Assembly: GCA_046290225.1 (NCBI GenBank)
Contig: JBKAGE010000034.1
Location: 224,001 to 288,000, forward strand
From: Bradymonadia bacterium
GTDB lineage: Bacteria > Myxococcota_A > Bradymonadia > UBA7976 > UBA1532
DNA length: 64,000 bases
Reading direction: 5' to 3'
A program made the position numbers and the translations under genes. Below the pieces are notes generated by a model that worked only from the letters and a program-made list of their open reading frames with translations, was not told the origin of the DNA and ran no database searches. The first letter of the stretch is position 1, and each line of letters opens with the position of its first letter. This document shows, one piece after another, positions 34,880 to 44,627 of this stretch.

Positions 34880-37800
34880 TTTTCAGTATTTCACGACCCC
34901 GGATTTCCAGTCCCTTGTCCCCCAGGATGACGATGACCACCTCGAGGACCACCCCCAGACTCATCGCGCTGCTCGGTTTGCTGATCGGGCTCTTGATCCC
35001 TGCCATGGCAGGGGCTCAGGACGAGCCGCCGAAGCTCAACACGCCTCGGATCCCCAAGCAGCTCGACGTGCCCCAGATCAACCCGGGCAAGCTCCCCACG
35101 GGGCGTGTCAATCCCAAGCTCAAGCGCAAGCTGGGCCGAGATGTGGTGGCCCAAAAGAAGGACGACGCTGCGGAGGCCAAGGCCAAGCCGCCCCCGCGGC
35201 GCCCGCGGCCCCGCACCCGGACGCCCCTGCCGCCCCGTGACACCGCGGGGAAGGCCGGCGCCAGGAGCCGTCGCGACACCAAGGACAAAGACGACGACAA
35301 GGGCGCCGACAAGGACGAGAAGTCCAGCGATCTGCCCAAGTGGCGTCAGCAGGAAGAGAACGAAGAGGACAAGCCCGAGGAGCCCTCCCTCGGCGCCGAC
35401 TTCGTCAAGGCCTGTGTGAAGCTGCCCCGGGGGGCCAAGGTCAGCCTCGACATCTACGAGGAAGAGCTCGAGGCGGTGGTGAAGATCATCGCCTGTATGA
35501 CCGGCAAGAACATCATCATGGCCAAGAGCCTCAAGGGGAAGAAGATCACCATCTACTCCCCCACCCTCGTCACCAGCGGTGAGGCCTACCGGGCCTTCCT
35601 CACCGCCCTCGAGGTGAACGGCTACACCATCTCCAAGCAGGGCAAGTTCCTGCGCATCATCGAGAGCAAGGACTACCTGAGCAGCTCCGATCCGATCCGC
35701 AAGGGCGGCCGGCCCCCGAACGAGGATCGCATGGTCACCCAGCTCGTGGCCCTGGAGCACGTGGACGCTCAGGAGGTCAGCCAGCTGCTGCAGCAGCTCG
35801 CCACCGGCAGCGCCAAGTTCATCGTGTACCAACCCACCAACACGCTCATCGTGAGCGAGGTGGCCAGCAACCTGCGCAAGCTCCTCAGCCTCGTGGACGA
35901 GATCGATGTGCCCAGCGGCTCCGAGCGGCTGTACGTCTATCAGATCGTCAATGCCGACGCTGAAGAGATCAAAAACAAGATCATGGAGATCTACGAGCAG
36001 GACGAAAAGAAGGCCAGCGGCGGTGGAACCACCACCAACAAGAACCGCCGCAAGCGCAAGCGGGGCAAGGACAAGACCCCCGCCAAGCCCACAGGCACCA
36101 GCGTCGGCGAGTCCGGCGCCGACGTGAACGTGAGCAAGATCGTCGCCGACGAGCGCACCAACCGCCTGTTCATCATCACCAACGAGAAGTCCTACCGAAA
36201 GGTCAAGGACCTCATCCGCCGGCTCGACGTGGCCATCCCCGGCGACGGGCAGATCCACATCTTGCAGCTCAAGCACGCCAAGGCCGAGGAGCTGAGCAGC
36301 GTGCTGAGCAACCTGAGCCAGAACGCCAACCGGAACTCCGGCGGCAACCGACGCTCTGGTCGGAACAACAACAGCGGCCGCAACAACCGCAGCGGCAACC
36401 GCAGCGGCAACCGCAACTCCGGTGGCGGTGGGGCTGGTGGCGCAGCCCTCTTCGAGGGCGAGGTGCAGGTCACCGCAGACGCCGACACCAACTCCCTGGT
36501 CATCACCGCCAGCCTGAAGGACTACCTGTCCATCAAGAGCGTGGTGGAGACCCTGGACAAGCCGCGCCGCCAGGTCTTCGTCGAGGCCGTGGTCATGGAG
36601 GTCAGCCTCGACAACGAGCGCCAGTTCGGCATGAGCTTCCACGCCCCCATCCCCGGCACCGAGGTGAGCGACGACAGCTCCCCGCTGCTGCTGGGCAGCT
36701 TCCCCAGCCAGGAGTTCAACTCGCTGTCCTTGAGCCCCAGCCTGCTCAGCGGCTTCGCCGCCACGGCCCTCGGGGAGAACATCGGCGGCAGCAGCGCCTT
36801 CGCCGAGCTGCCCAGCTTCGGTGTGGTGATGCGGGCCCTCGCCAGCAGCGGTGACGTGAACATCCTGTCGACGCCCCACATCTTGACCACCGACAACCAG
36901 GAAGCAGAGATCGTCGTCGGTCAGAACGTGCCCTTCACCACGGGCTTCGGCGGCGGCCTCGGCGCTCTCGGTGGCCTCGGCGGCCTCGGCGGCCAGAACG
37001 CAGCAGGCGGCCTCGGTGGCCTCGGCGGCTTCGGCGGCTTCGGGTTCCCGCAGATTCAGCGTCAGGACGTAGCCCTCACCCTGAAGATCACCCCCCGCAT
37101 CAACGCCGACAACTTCGTCACCATGGAGATCGACCAGGTCATCGAAGAGCTGGGCCCCGAGCCCACGCCGGGCCTCGGCCCCGCAACCACCAAGCGGAGC
37201 GTAAAGACCACCGCCGTGGTGAAGGACCAGCAGACCGTGGTCATCGGCGGTCTGCAGCGGACCACTCAGACCAACAGCGACAGCAAGGTGCCGTTGCTCG
37301 GTGAGATCCCTGTGCTGGGCATTCTGTTCCGCGACTCGGTGCGCCGCAGCCAGAAGCAGAACCTGCTGCTGCTGCTCACCCCCTACGTGGTGGAGAGCTC
37401 GGAAGACTTCAAGACGATCTTCAAGCGCAAGATGGAAGAGCACCAGGAGTTCGTGGCCCGGTTCCAGCAAGAGGGCGACGTGCTCGCCATCGGCGTGGAC
37501 TACCGCAAGAAGCACGGCGTGCTCGAGGCGGTGAACAAGTCCATCACCCTGGCCCGCGAAGAGGAGCGCCTGCTCGAAGACCTGCGCAAGCAGGACATCC
37601 CGCCGATCCTGCCCCAGGACGTGGACGGCATCGTGCTCGAGGCCGACGAGCAGCGCCTCAACCCCGACGTGAAGAAGCGCATGGAAGAGCTACTCAAGGC
37701 CCAGGAAGAGCGCCGCCGGGCCATCGAGCGGGGCATCGACGACACCACGCCTCCCCCCGAGGAGGATGTGGCGCCGCCCCCCATGGACACCACCCCCTGA
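34876..37800 (+). CDS. gspD: Type II secretion secretin GspD (start may be 34927 or 34933)
   Basis: N0-N3 repeats (ADERTNRL, DTNSLVI), LDKPRRQVFVEAVVMEV, STPHILTTDNQEAEIVVGQNVPF, KVPLLGEIPVLGILF. Confidence 0.97.
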   Translation: MIFSISRPRISSPLSPRMTMTTSRTTPRLIALLGLLIGLLIPAMAGAQDEPPKLNTPRIPKQLDVPQINPGKLPTGRVNPKLKRKLGRDVVAQKKDDAAEAKAKPPPRRPRPRTRTPLPPRDTAGKAGARSRRDTKDKDDDKGADKDEKSSDLPKWRQQEENEEDKPEEPSLGADFVKACVKLPRGAKVSLDIYEEELEAVVKIIACMTGKNIIMAKSLKGKKITIYSPTLVTSGEAYRAFLTALEVNGYTISKQGKFLRIIESKDYLSSSDPIRKGGRPPNEDRMVTQLVALEHVDAQEVSQLLQQLATGSAKFIVYQPTNTLIVSEVASNLRKLLSLVDEIDVPSGSERLYVYQIVNADAEEIKNKIMEIYEQDEKKASGGGTTTNKNRRKRKRGKDKTPAKPTGTSVGESGADVNVSKIVADERTNRLFIITNEKSYRKVKDLIRRLDVAIPGDGQIHILQLKHAKAEELSSVLSNLSQNANRNSGGNRRSGRNNNSGRNNRSGNRSGNRNSGGGGAGGAALFEGEVQVTADADTNSLVITASLKDYLSIKSVVETLDKPRRQVFVEAVVMEVSLDNERQFGMSFHAPIPGTEVSDDSSPLLLGSFPSQEFNSLSLSPSLLSGFAATALGENIGGSSAFAELPSFGVVMRALASSGDVNILSTPHILTTDNQEAEIVVGQNVPFTTGFGGGLGALGGLGGLGGQNAAGGLGGLGGFGGFGFPQIQRQDVALTLKITPRINADNFVTMEIDQVIEELGPEPTPGLGPATTKRSVKTTAVVKDQQTVVIGGLQRTTQTNSDSKVPLLGEIPVLGILFRDSVRRSQKQNLLLLLTPYVVESSEDFKTIFKRKMEEHQEFVARFQQEGDVLAIGVDYRKKHGVLEAVNKSITLAREEERLLEDLRKQDIPPILPQDVDGIVLEADEQRLNPDVKKRMEELLKAQEERRRAIERGIDDTTPPPEEDVAPPPMDTTP

Positions 37801-37848
37801 TCAGCGTTCGCGCTCACCCTGGTCCACCACCCCTGAGGAGGCAGTGAC

Positions 37849-39576
37849 ATGAACTACATCACCGAACTCGGTCGCGCCCTCGTCGATCAAGGCGACATCA
37901 GCCCTGATCAACTGCAGCAGGCCATGGTGGAAGCCCAGGAGCGGGGGGTGCAGCTCACCGAGGCCCTCTCCGATCTCAAGCTGGTCGATGGCGATGTGCT
38001 TGCTCGCCGTCAGGCAGAGCAGCTCGGGCTGCGCTACCTCGAGGAGATCAACGTCGATGATGTGTCGATGGAGTACATCGACGACATGTCGGCCACCTTC
38101 GCCAAGAGCAACCTCGTGCTGCCCCTGTGGAAGGCTCGGGGTCGCAAAGTCTACGTGGGCATTTCCGATCCCCTGAACATGGCCACCCTCGATGCTGTGC
38201 GGCTCATGCTCGATCGGCCGGTGATCCCCGTAGTGGTCTCCGAAGCTGTGCTCCTGGGCACCATCAACAAGGTGTACGACCGCAAGGCCGCTGCCCAAAA
38301 CGCCCTCGACCACATCGACGACGAAGAGATCGGCAACGATCAGCTCGACGAAATCGACAAGCTCGACATCATCGATGGCGACGACGAGGCGCCGATCATC
38401 CGCCTCGTGAACGCCATCCTCGGCCAGGCGGCCCGTGAGCGCGCCAGCGACATCCACATCGAGCCCTTCGAGCGGCACATCGCCGTGCGCTTCCGCGTCG
38501 ACGGTGTGCTGCACGAGGTCATGCAGCCCCCGAAGCGGCTCGCCAGCGCCATCACCGCCCGCATCAAGGTCATGGCCGATCTCGACATCGCCGAGCGGCG
38601 CATCCCTCAGGACGGCCGCATCAAGATCAAGGTGGCCGGCAAAGAGATCGACATCCGGCTCAGCACCTTGCCCACCAGCTGGGGCGAGCGGCTCGTCATG
38701 CGCCTGCTCGACAAGACCGCCGTGCTCAAGGATCTCGCCCACATCGGCATGGGCCCTCGACAGCTGGCCATCATCGAAGAGCAGCTCGTCAAGTCGTACG
38801 GCATCATCCTGGTCACCGGCCCTACGGGATCCGGCAAGACCACCTCGCTGTACGCCAGCCTCGCCAAAATCAACAGCCCCACGCGGAACATCATCACGGT
38901 GGAAGACCCCGTGGAGTATCAGCTCGGGGGCATCGGGCAGATTCAGGTGAACACCAAGGTGGGCCTCACCTTCGCCAGCGGGCTGCGGGCGATCCTGCGA
39001 CAGGACCCCGACGTCGTGATGATCGGTGAGATCCGCGACGGTGAGACCGCAGAGATCGCCGTGCAGGCGTCGCTCACCGGCCACCTCGTGTTCAGCACCC
39101 TGCACACCAACGACGCCGCCGGCGCCGTGACCCGCCTCGTCGACATGGGCGTCGAGCCGTTCCTCATCGCCTCTTCGGTGGTGTGCATGATGGCCCAGCG
39201 CCTCGTGCGTCGGCTGTGCCCCCACTGCAAGGCCCCCGTGGTGCCCTCCGAGACCGAGCTGCGTCAGCTCGGCTACGATCGCGAGCGCTTCATGGCAGAG
39301 ACCAGCGGCCACGTGTACCAGCCCGTGGGCTGCGACCAGTGCCTCGACTCGGGCTACCAGGGCCGGACCGGCATCTACGAGGTGTTGCCTGTAGACGACG
39401 ACATCCGCCCCCTGATCATGGACAACGTCGACTCGGGCACCATCAAGAAGGTGGCCATTCGCAAAGGCATGCTCACCCTGCGCGACGACGGCGCCCGGAA
39501 GGTGATGGACGGTGACACCTCCATCGCCGAGGTGCTCCGCGTCACCCAGGACGACATGCTCAACCTCGACGACTAG
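37849..39576 (+). CDS. gspE: Type II secretion ATPase
   Basis: ASDIHIEP, GPTGSGKTT, LRQDPDVVMIGEIRD, LHTND, two CxxC motifs. Confidence 0.98.
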   Translation: MNYITELGRALVDQGDISPDQLQQAMVEAQERGVQLTEALSDLKLVDGDVLARRQAEQLGLRYLEEINVDDVSMEYIDDMSATFAKSNLVLPLWKARGRKVYVGISDPLNMATLDAVRLMLDRPVIPVVVSEAVLLGTINKVYDRKAAAQNALDHIDDEEIGNDQLDEIDKLDIIDGDDEAPIIRLVNAILGQAARERASDIHIEPFERHIAVRFRVDGVLHEVMQPPKRLASAITARIKVMADLDIAERRIPQDGRIKIKVAGKEIDIRLSTLPTSWGERLVMRLLDKTAVLKDLAHIGMGPRQLAIIEEQLVKSYGIILVTGPTGSGKTTSLYASLAKINSPTRNIITVEDPVEYQLGGIGQIQVNTKVGLTFASGLRAILRQDPDVVMIGEIRDGETAEIAVQASLTGHLVFSTLHTNDAAGAVTRLVDMGVEPFLIASSVVCMMAQRLVRRLCPHCKAPVVPSETELRQLGYDRERFMAETSGHVYQPVGCDQCLDSGYQGRTGIYEVLPVDDDIRPLIMDNVDSGTIKKVAIRKGMLTLRDDGARKVMDGDTSIAEVLRVTQDDMLNLDD

Positions 39577-39587
39577 GCCCAGGGCGT

Positions 39588-40814
39588 ATGGCGACTTACG
39601 ATTTCAAAGGTCTCGACAAGCGAGGCAAAGAGGTCAGCGGGGTCCGCGAGGCCGAGAACGAGAAGGCCCTGCGGCAGCTGCTCAAGAAGGAAGGCATCTT
39701 CCTCACCAAGGTGGGCAAGGGCGGCAAGAAGGGCGGCAGCTTCCTCTCGGCGGAGGTCGACTTCGCCCAGATGTTCGAGAAGATCAACGGCCAGGACATC
39801 GCCATCCTGACCCGGCAGCTCGCCACCCTGCTCAAGGCCAGCATCCCCGTCGTCGACGCCCTCGGGGCCTGCGTCGAGCAGGTGGAGAAGCCCAAGCTGC
39901 GCAAGGTGGTCAGCCAGCTGCGCCAGGAGGTGAACGAAGGCACCAGCCTCGCCACCGCCCTCGAACAGCACCCCGACATCTTCAGCCCCATCTTCCCCAA
40001 CATGGTGAAGTCGGGCGAAGCCAGCGGCACCCTCGACGACGTGCTCATGCGCCTCGCGGAGTTCACCGAAGCCCAGGTGAAGCTCAACCAGAAGGTCAAG
40101 AGCGCGATGACCTATCCGGTCATCATGGTGGGCATCGGCGCGTTGATCCTCGCGGGTATGTTCGCCTACGTGATCCCGCAGATCACGCAGATCTTCGAAG
40201 ACACGGGGCAGGAGCTGCCCTGGATCACGAACGCCCTCATCAGCGTCAGCAACGGCTTCCGGTCATACTGGTGGGTGGGCCTGCTGATGGCCTTTGGCGG
40301 CATGACCATGTTCCGCCGCTGGAAGGCCACCAAGAACGGCGCCCTCAAATGGGACGAGATCAAGCTCAAGCTCCCAGTCTTCGGGCAGCTCACCTTGATG
40401 GTGGCCATCGGACGCTTCACCAAGACTCTGGGCACCCTGCTGCGCTCCGGCGTGCCATTGCTCACCGCCCTGGACATCACCAAGAACGTGCTGGGCAACC
40501 GGGTGCTCATCGAGATCATCAGCGACGCCCAGGTGGCCGTGAAAGAAGGCTCCAGCCTCTCGATCACGCTCAAAAAGAGCGGGCGCTTCCCGCCCATCGT
40601 CACCAACATGATCGCCATCGGTGAGCGCTCCGGCGCTCTGGAAGACATGCTCAACGTCGTGGCTGAAGCCTACGAGAGCCAGGTCGAGGGGCGCATCGCC
40701 GCCCTCACCAGCCTGCTCGAGCCGGTCATGATCGTGGGCATGGGCGTCACCATCGGCATCATCGTCTTTGCGGTGCTCATGCCGATCCTGCAGCTCAACG
40801 AGTTCGTCAGTTGA
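39588..40814 (+). CDS. gspF: Type II secretion inner-membrane platform protein
   Basis: TRQLATLL, GEASGTL, AMTYP, GERSGAL, LLEP. Confidence 0.97.
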   Translation: MATYDFKGLDKRGKEVSGVREAENEKALRQLLKKEGIFLTKVGKGGKKGGSFLSAEVDFAQMFEKINGQDIAILTRQLATLLKASIPVVDALGACVEQVEKPKLRKVVSQLRQEVNEGTSLATALEQHPDIFSPIFPNMVKSGEASGTLDDVLMRLAEFTEAQVKLNQKVKSAMTYPVIMVGIGALILAGMFAYVIPQITQIFEDTGQELPWITNALISVSNGFRSYWWVGLLMAFGGMTMFRRWKATKNGALKWDEIKLKLPVFGQLTLMVAIGRFTKTLGTLLRSGVPLLTALDITKNVLGNRVLIEIISDAQVAVKEGSSLSITLKKSGRFPPIVTNMIAIGERSGALEDMLNVVAEAYESQVEGRIAALTSLLEPVMIVGMGVTIGIIVFAVLMPILQLNEFVS

Positions 40815-41929
40815 AGTGGCTCAACCTCCTCGTCGATCGGCGGGTGGCCCTCCTCGTGGGTGGGTCCGCTCTGCTGCTCGACTTGCTCTCCAAAGAGCTG
40901 GTGACCACCCTGCTGCCCGAGGGCAGCCAGGTCACCGCCGGGCCGCTGATGATTCAGCACGCCCGGAACCCGGGCGTGGCCCTGGGCACCTTTGGTGGGC
41001 TCTCCGAGGGGGTGCGCATGTCGCTCGTGGTGGTGGGCATGCTGGTGGCGCTCTTCGTGGCCCTGCCCTGGCTCGCCCGACGTCTGCGGGCGGGGGCGCT
41101 GAAGCAGACCGCCGTGGCCCTGGTGATCACCGGCGCCATCGGCAACTTCGCCGATCGGCTGCGCTACGGCTCAGTCATCGACTTCATCGGTCTCGATCCG
41201 GCGCTGGGTATCCCTTCTCCGGTGTTCAACCTCGCCGACGTAGCCATCGTCGTCGGCGCGGCGCTGTTGCTGTGGGGCCCCAAGCGCACGGGGCCTGGCC
41301 GCGGCCAGCCGCTGCCTCAGGATTCGTGGCCGGGCATTTCGGAGAGCAATCCCGGTACTCAAGACTCTTCCTGGACGATCATCGCCGTGCGCCGCGCCCC
41401 CACCAAAGAGGTGGTGGCCTCGTCGATCAAGCTGCTGGGCGTGCTGCTCGCGGTCAGCGTGGCCCTCGGCGCCCCCAAGGCTCAGGCGCAGGGCGACGCT
41501 CAGGCAGGCCAGGTGGCCTCGATGAACGCCCAGATGCGCATGATCCGGCAGGCCGTGCAGGCCTACCACCTGCAGCACAAGCGTCACCCCGAGCAGCTCG
41601 AGGCCCTCGCCTCGCCGCCGGAGGGTCAACCATTTCTGAAAGCCCAGCACCTGATCGACCCGTGGGGCATCCCCTACACGTACCAGGTCCGTGGCGAAGC
41701 CCTCGACATCATCAGCGCCGGACACGATGGCAAGCTCGGCTCCGACGACGACGTGATGCTCGTGGGCAACACCTTGAAGCACCAGGGCCCCATCGACTTC
41801 AGCCCGCGCCCCGCCCCCAAGAAGAGCAACACCCTGCCCCTGGCCCTCATCGGGGGCTTCACCGTGGTGTCTCTCGTGGCCTGGCGCATGCTGCTGGCGA
41901 AGAAAGCGAAGGCCGATGCCCTGGCTTGA
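40811..41929 (+). CDS. lspA: Lipoprotein signal peptidase II fused in frame to a GspG-type pseudopilin domain with a C-terminal TM
   Basis: LspA motifs D..SK, NPGVALG, GAIGNFADRL, VIDF, FNLAD; then DPWGIPYTY..ISAGHDGKLGSDDD; TTG start overlaps the gspF stop. Confidence 0.85.
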   Translation: MKWLNLLVDRRVALLVGGSALLLDLLSKELVTTLLPEGSQVTAGPLMIQHARNPGVALGTFGGLSEGVRMSLVVVGMLVALFVALPWLARRLRAGALKQTAVALVITGAIGNFADRLRYGSVIDFIGLDPALGIPSPVFNLADVAIVVGAALLLWGPKRTGPGRGQPLPQDSWPGISESNPGTQDSSWTIIAVRRAPTKEVVASSIKLLGVLLAVSVALGAPKAQAQGDAQAGQVASMNAQMRMIRQAVQAYHLQHKRHPEQLEALASPPEGQPFLKAQHLIDPWGIPYTYQVRGEALDIISAGHDGKLGSDDDVMLVGNTLKHQGPIDFSPRPAPKKSNTLPLALIGGFTVVSLVAWRMLLAKKAKADALA

Positions 41930-41962
41930 TCATCTCTGCTCGGCGCGCCACCTCTCAGAGGC

Positions 41963-42026
41963 GGCGATTCTGGCAACTGAACCCCGCCAAACTGACACAT
42001 GCCCTCGCATTCACGTCAATTTGGCA
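41963..42026. promoter_or_regulatory. Second cluster of YGYCA-N3-TGRCA sites, upstream of gspG
   Basis: CGCCAaacTGACA (41985-41997) and CGTCAattTGGCA (42014-42026) resemble the sites upstream of gspC. Confidence 0.45.
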
Positions 42027-42135
42027 AAGCGAACCATCTGATATCAAAAGAGGAATCAACATCCTCTCCCAAGCGATTGAGTCCAGTGAGAACGGGGCGG
42101 AGCACCTCACATCACTGGGCCAGAAGGAGGTAACC

Positions 42136-42612
42136 ATGAACTTCAATCGGTCCCGTTGGGCACGTCTTCTCCCCCAGCGCACTGCTGCGCGTCTGCAGGC
42201 TCGTCAGGGCGAGGCCCCCATGGCCGCCCGTCGTCGCCAGAAGGGTATGACCCTCCTGGAGATCATGATCGTGATCACCCTCATCGGGGTGGTCATGGCG
42301 GTGGTGGTGACCAACGTCATCGGCGCCGGCGACAACGCCAAGATCTCCGCGGCGAAGACCAAGATGCAGAGCATCAAGCAGCAGGTGGACATGTACTACA
42401 CGATGTTCGACGAGTACCCGGACAACCTCCAGGCCCTCGTCAAGCCCCCCGCTGGTCGCAAGCCCCTCATGAACAAGAACGGGCTCAAGGACCCCTGGGG
42501 CAAGAAGTTCAACTACAGCAACCGCGATGGCGACATCCAGCTCAGCAGCTCGGGCCCCGACCGCAAGGAAGGCACCCAGGATGACATCAAGTTCGGCGGT
42601 GAGGAGCAATAA
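42136..42612 (+). CDS. gspG: Major pseudopilin GspG (copy 1)
   Basis: AAGGAGGT RBS; QKG|MTLLEIMIVI; KDPWGKKFNY..SSGPDRKEGTQDDI. Confidence 0.93.
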   Translation: MNFNRSRWARLLPQRTAARLQARQGEAPMAARRRQKGMTLLEIMIVITLIGVVMAVVVTNVIGAGDNAKISAAKTKMQSIKQQVDMYYTMFDEYPDNLQALVKPPAGRKPLMNKNGLKDPWGKKFNYSNRDGDIQLSSSGPDRKEGTQDDIKFGGEEQ

Positions 42613-42703
42613 AGGCCTGAGATAGGCCCCTGGGGCCCTCTGCGTCGAACGCGCGCCATCGTTTCACACATCCGCAGTGTGCGGATAGAGGAGGAAGCAG
42701 GAG

Positions 42704-43123
42704 ATGGGCAGGTTCAACACGCAGAGGCGCCTCGACGCGAGGAAGCGGCATCCCAAGGGATACAGCTTGATCGAGATCCTGGTGGTCATCTCACTCATCG
42801 GTGTGGTGATGGCCATCACAGTGACCAACGTGATCTCGCTGATCGATGAGGCGAACATCAAGGCCACAAAGGTCAAAATCAAGCAGGTGGCTGACCAGGT
42901 GGTCCAACACCGGGTCATTCACGACGAGTACCCCGGGCGCCTGGAAGACAAGGTGCGCCGCCCGAACGGGCGATCCGGGCCGATGAAGGCCGACGCGCTC
43001 AAGGACGCCTGGAAAAACCCCTGGGCATACAAGAGCGGCGAGCGTGACTTTGATTTGAGCAGCGCCGGGGTCGATGAAGACCACGGTACTGAAGACGACA
43101 TTCACCACGACGAGGACACCTGA
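42704..43123 (+). CDS. gspG: GspG paralogue (copy 2)
   Basis: PKG|YSLIEILVVI; KDAWKNPWAY..SAGVDEDHGTEDDI. Confidence 0.88.
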   Translation: MGRFNTQRRLDARKRHPKGYSLIEILVVISLIGVVMAITVTNVISLIDEANIKATKVKIKQVADQVVQHRVIHDEYPGRLEDKVRRPNGRSGPMKADALKDAWKNPWAYKSGERDFDLSSAGVDEDHGTEDDIHHDEDT

Positions 43124-43129
43124 ACGCTC

Positions 43130-43315
43130 ATGATCGCTCTTGGCTCCACGACAGCTCGACTTCAGCCTGCGGGGTTCGGATTCCTCGATCTGCTGGTCTG
43201 GCTGACGGTGCTGGTGATCATCGGCACCATCATCCTGTCGTTGACCACCGACGGCTCCAACACGTCCGAGGATCCGCGCCTCGACGCAACCACTCAAGGA
43301 GCCGCGGCTCAATGA
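43130..43315 (+). CDS. Very small prepilin-like protein, 61 aa
   Basis: QPAG|FGFLDLLVWLTVLVIIGTIILSL; fills the gap between gspG2 and gspH; stop overlaps the gspH ATG. Confidence 0.6.
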   Translation: MIALGSTTARLQPAGFGFLDLLVWLTVLVIIGTIILSLTTDGSNTSEDPRLDATTQGAAAQ

Positions 43316-43983
43316 CCCCCGCCCCCACCATACTTCGACGGCAGCCCCGTGGGCTGACCCTGCTCGAGGTGCTCATCGTGCTCTCGCTGATGGCTGTGGC
43401 CATCGGCATCGCCGTGGGCAATCTCAGCGGGGCCAGCAGCATGCGGCTGCGGACGGAGACCAACAAGGTGGCGGCGGCGGTGCGCTATGCCTACAACCGC
43501 TCTTCGGCGCTTGGCCTGTACATGCGCATGGTCATCGACATGGACGCCCACAGCTACTGGGTCGAGTCGTCTGATCAGCCCAACTTCCTCACGAAAGACA
43601 AGCGCCAGCAGGGCGACGATCCCGAGGCAGAGGAAGCAGAGAAGATCGCCGAAGAGCAAGAGGACGGGGTCTCTCAGAAGTACAAGACCCGGGCGCGGTT
43701 CAGCACCGACGAGGTGATCCCCAAGGTCACCTTCGAGAAGGGCATCAAGTTCGGCGGGGTGATGACCTCGAGCCAGGATGATGTCTTCGAGCAGGGCCGG
43801 GCCTACATCCACTTCTTCCCCAACGGGTTCGTGGAGCCCTCGATCATCTACACTGTCTACGAAGACGAGTACTACACGCTGCAGGTGAACCCGCTCACCG
43901 GGAAGGTGACCCGCAAGGCCGGGCGCATCGATCCCGACAGCAACTTCGGCGAGCCTGAGGACGTCGAGGAGGAGGGCCGATGA
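43312..43983 (+). CDS. gspH: Minor pseudopilin H
   Basis: PRG|LTLLEVLIV; FFPNG; operon position. Confidence 0.85.
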   Translation: MTPAPTILRRQPRGLTLLEVLIVLSLMAVAIGIAVGNLSGASSMRLRTETNKVAAAVRYAYNRSSALGLYMRMVIDMDAHSYWVESSDQPNFLTKDKRQQGDDPEAEEAEKIAEEQEDGVSQKYKTRARFSTDEVIPKVTFEKGIKFGGVMTSSQDDVFEQGRAYIHFFPNGFVEPSIIYTVYEDEYYTLQVNPLTGKVTRKAGRIDPDSNFGEPEDVEEEGR

Positions 43984-44627
43984 TCGCGTCTTTCCGTCGT
44001 GCACGGCGGGCCCGAGGCTTCACCCTGCTCGAGGTCATGATGGCCATGGCCATCCTCGCGGTGTCGCTCTCCGCCCTGGTGGGGCACCAGTCCGTGGCGA
44101 TTCAGATGTCGGACTACAGCAACAAGGCCAGCCAGGCCACCTACCTCGCCGAGGGCAAGCTCCTCGACGTGGAAGACCAGATGTTGCGCGACTCCATGGA
44201 CGTGCTCGACAACTGCGATCAGGGGGACTTCCGCCGAGAGGGGCTCAAGCGCTTCAAGTGGAAGGCCTGCGGCTACAAGCTGGAGATCCAGGACGGCACC
44301 GCCGAAGCCCTCACCGAGAAGTTCATGGCTCTGCTCGGCGGCCTCGGTGGTGGTTTGCCCGGCGGCCTCGGCGACGCCGCAGGTGGCATCGCCGCCAACC
44401 CCAACGTACAAGGGCAGCTCGCCCTCGCCGTGGGCCTGTTGCCCACCATCATCGGCCAGCTCGAAGACAAGATTCGCAAGGTGCGCGTCGAGGTCAACTG
44501 GACCGATCAGACCGGCGATCACGTCATCACCCTCGAGCGCTTCGTCACCTCGCTGGGCATGCCCGCCTCGGGCACACCGCCGCCAGCAGATGGTGAGGTC
44601 GTCGCCCCCCTGGAGCAGCCCCAATGA
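43980..44627 (+). CDS. gspI: Minor pseudopilin I
   Basis: ARG|FTLLEVMMAMAIL; RKVRVEVNW; operon position. Confidence 0.85.
   Translation: MIASFRRARRARGFTLLEVMMAMAILAVSLSALVGHQSVAIQMSDYSNKASQATYLAEGKLLDVEDQMLRDSMDVLDNCDQGDFRREGLKRFKWKACGYKLEIQDGTAEALTEKFMALLGGLGGGLPGGLGDAAGGIAANPNVQGQLALAVGLLPTIIGQLEDKIRKVRVEVNWTDQTGDHVITLERFVTSLGMPASGTPPPADGEVVAPLEQPQ

Noticed and set aside
36325..37045. Asn/Arg/Ser/Gly and Gly/Leu repeats in gspD
   Set aside because: Low-complexity loops in N3 and the secretin domain are common in secretins
40768..42135. N-terminal 456 codons of the 614-aa ORF that ends in gspG
   Set aside because: Overlaps the LspA-GspG gene out of frame and gives Arg/Gly/Pro-rich nonsense; a strong RBS marks the gspG start at 42136
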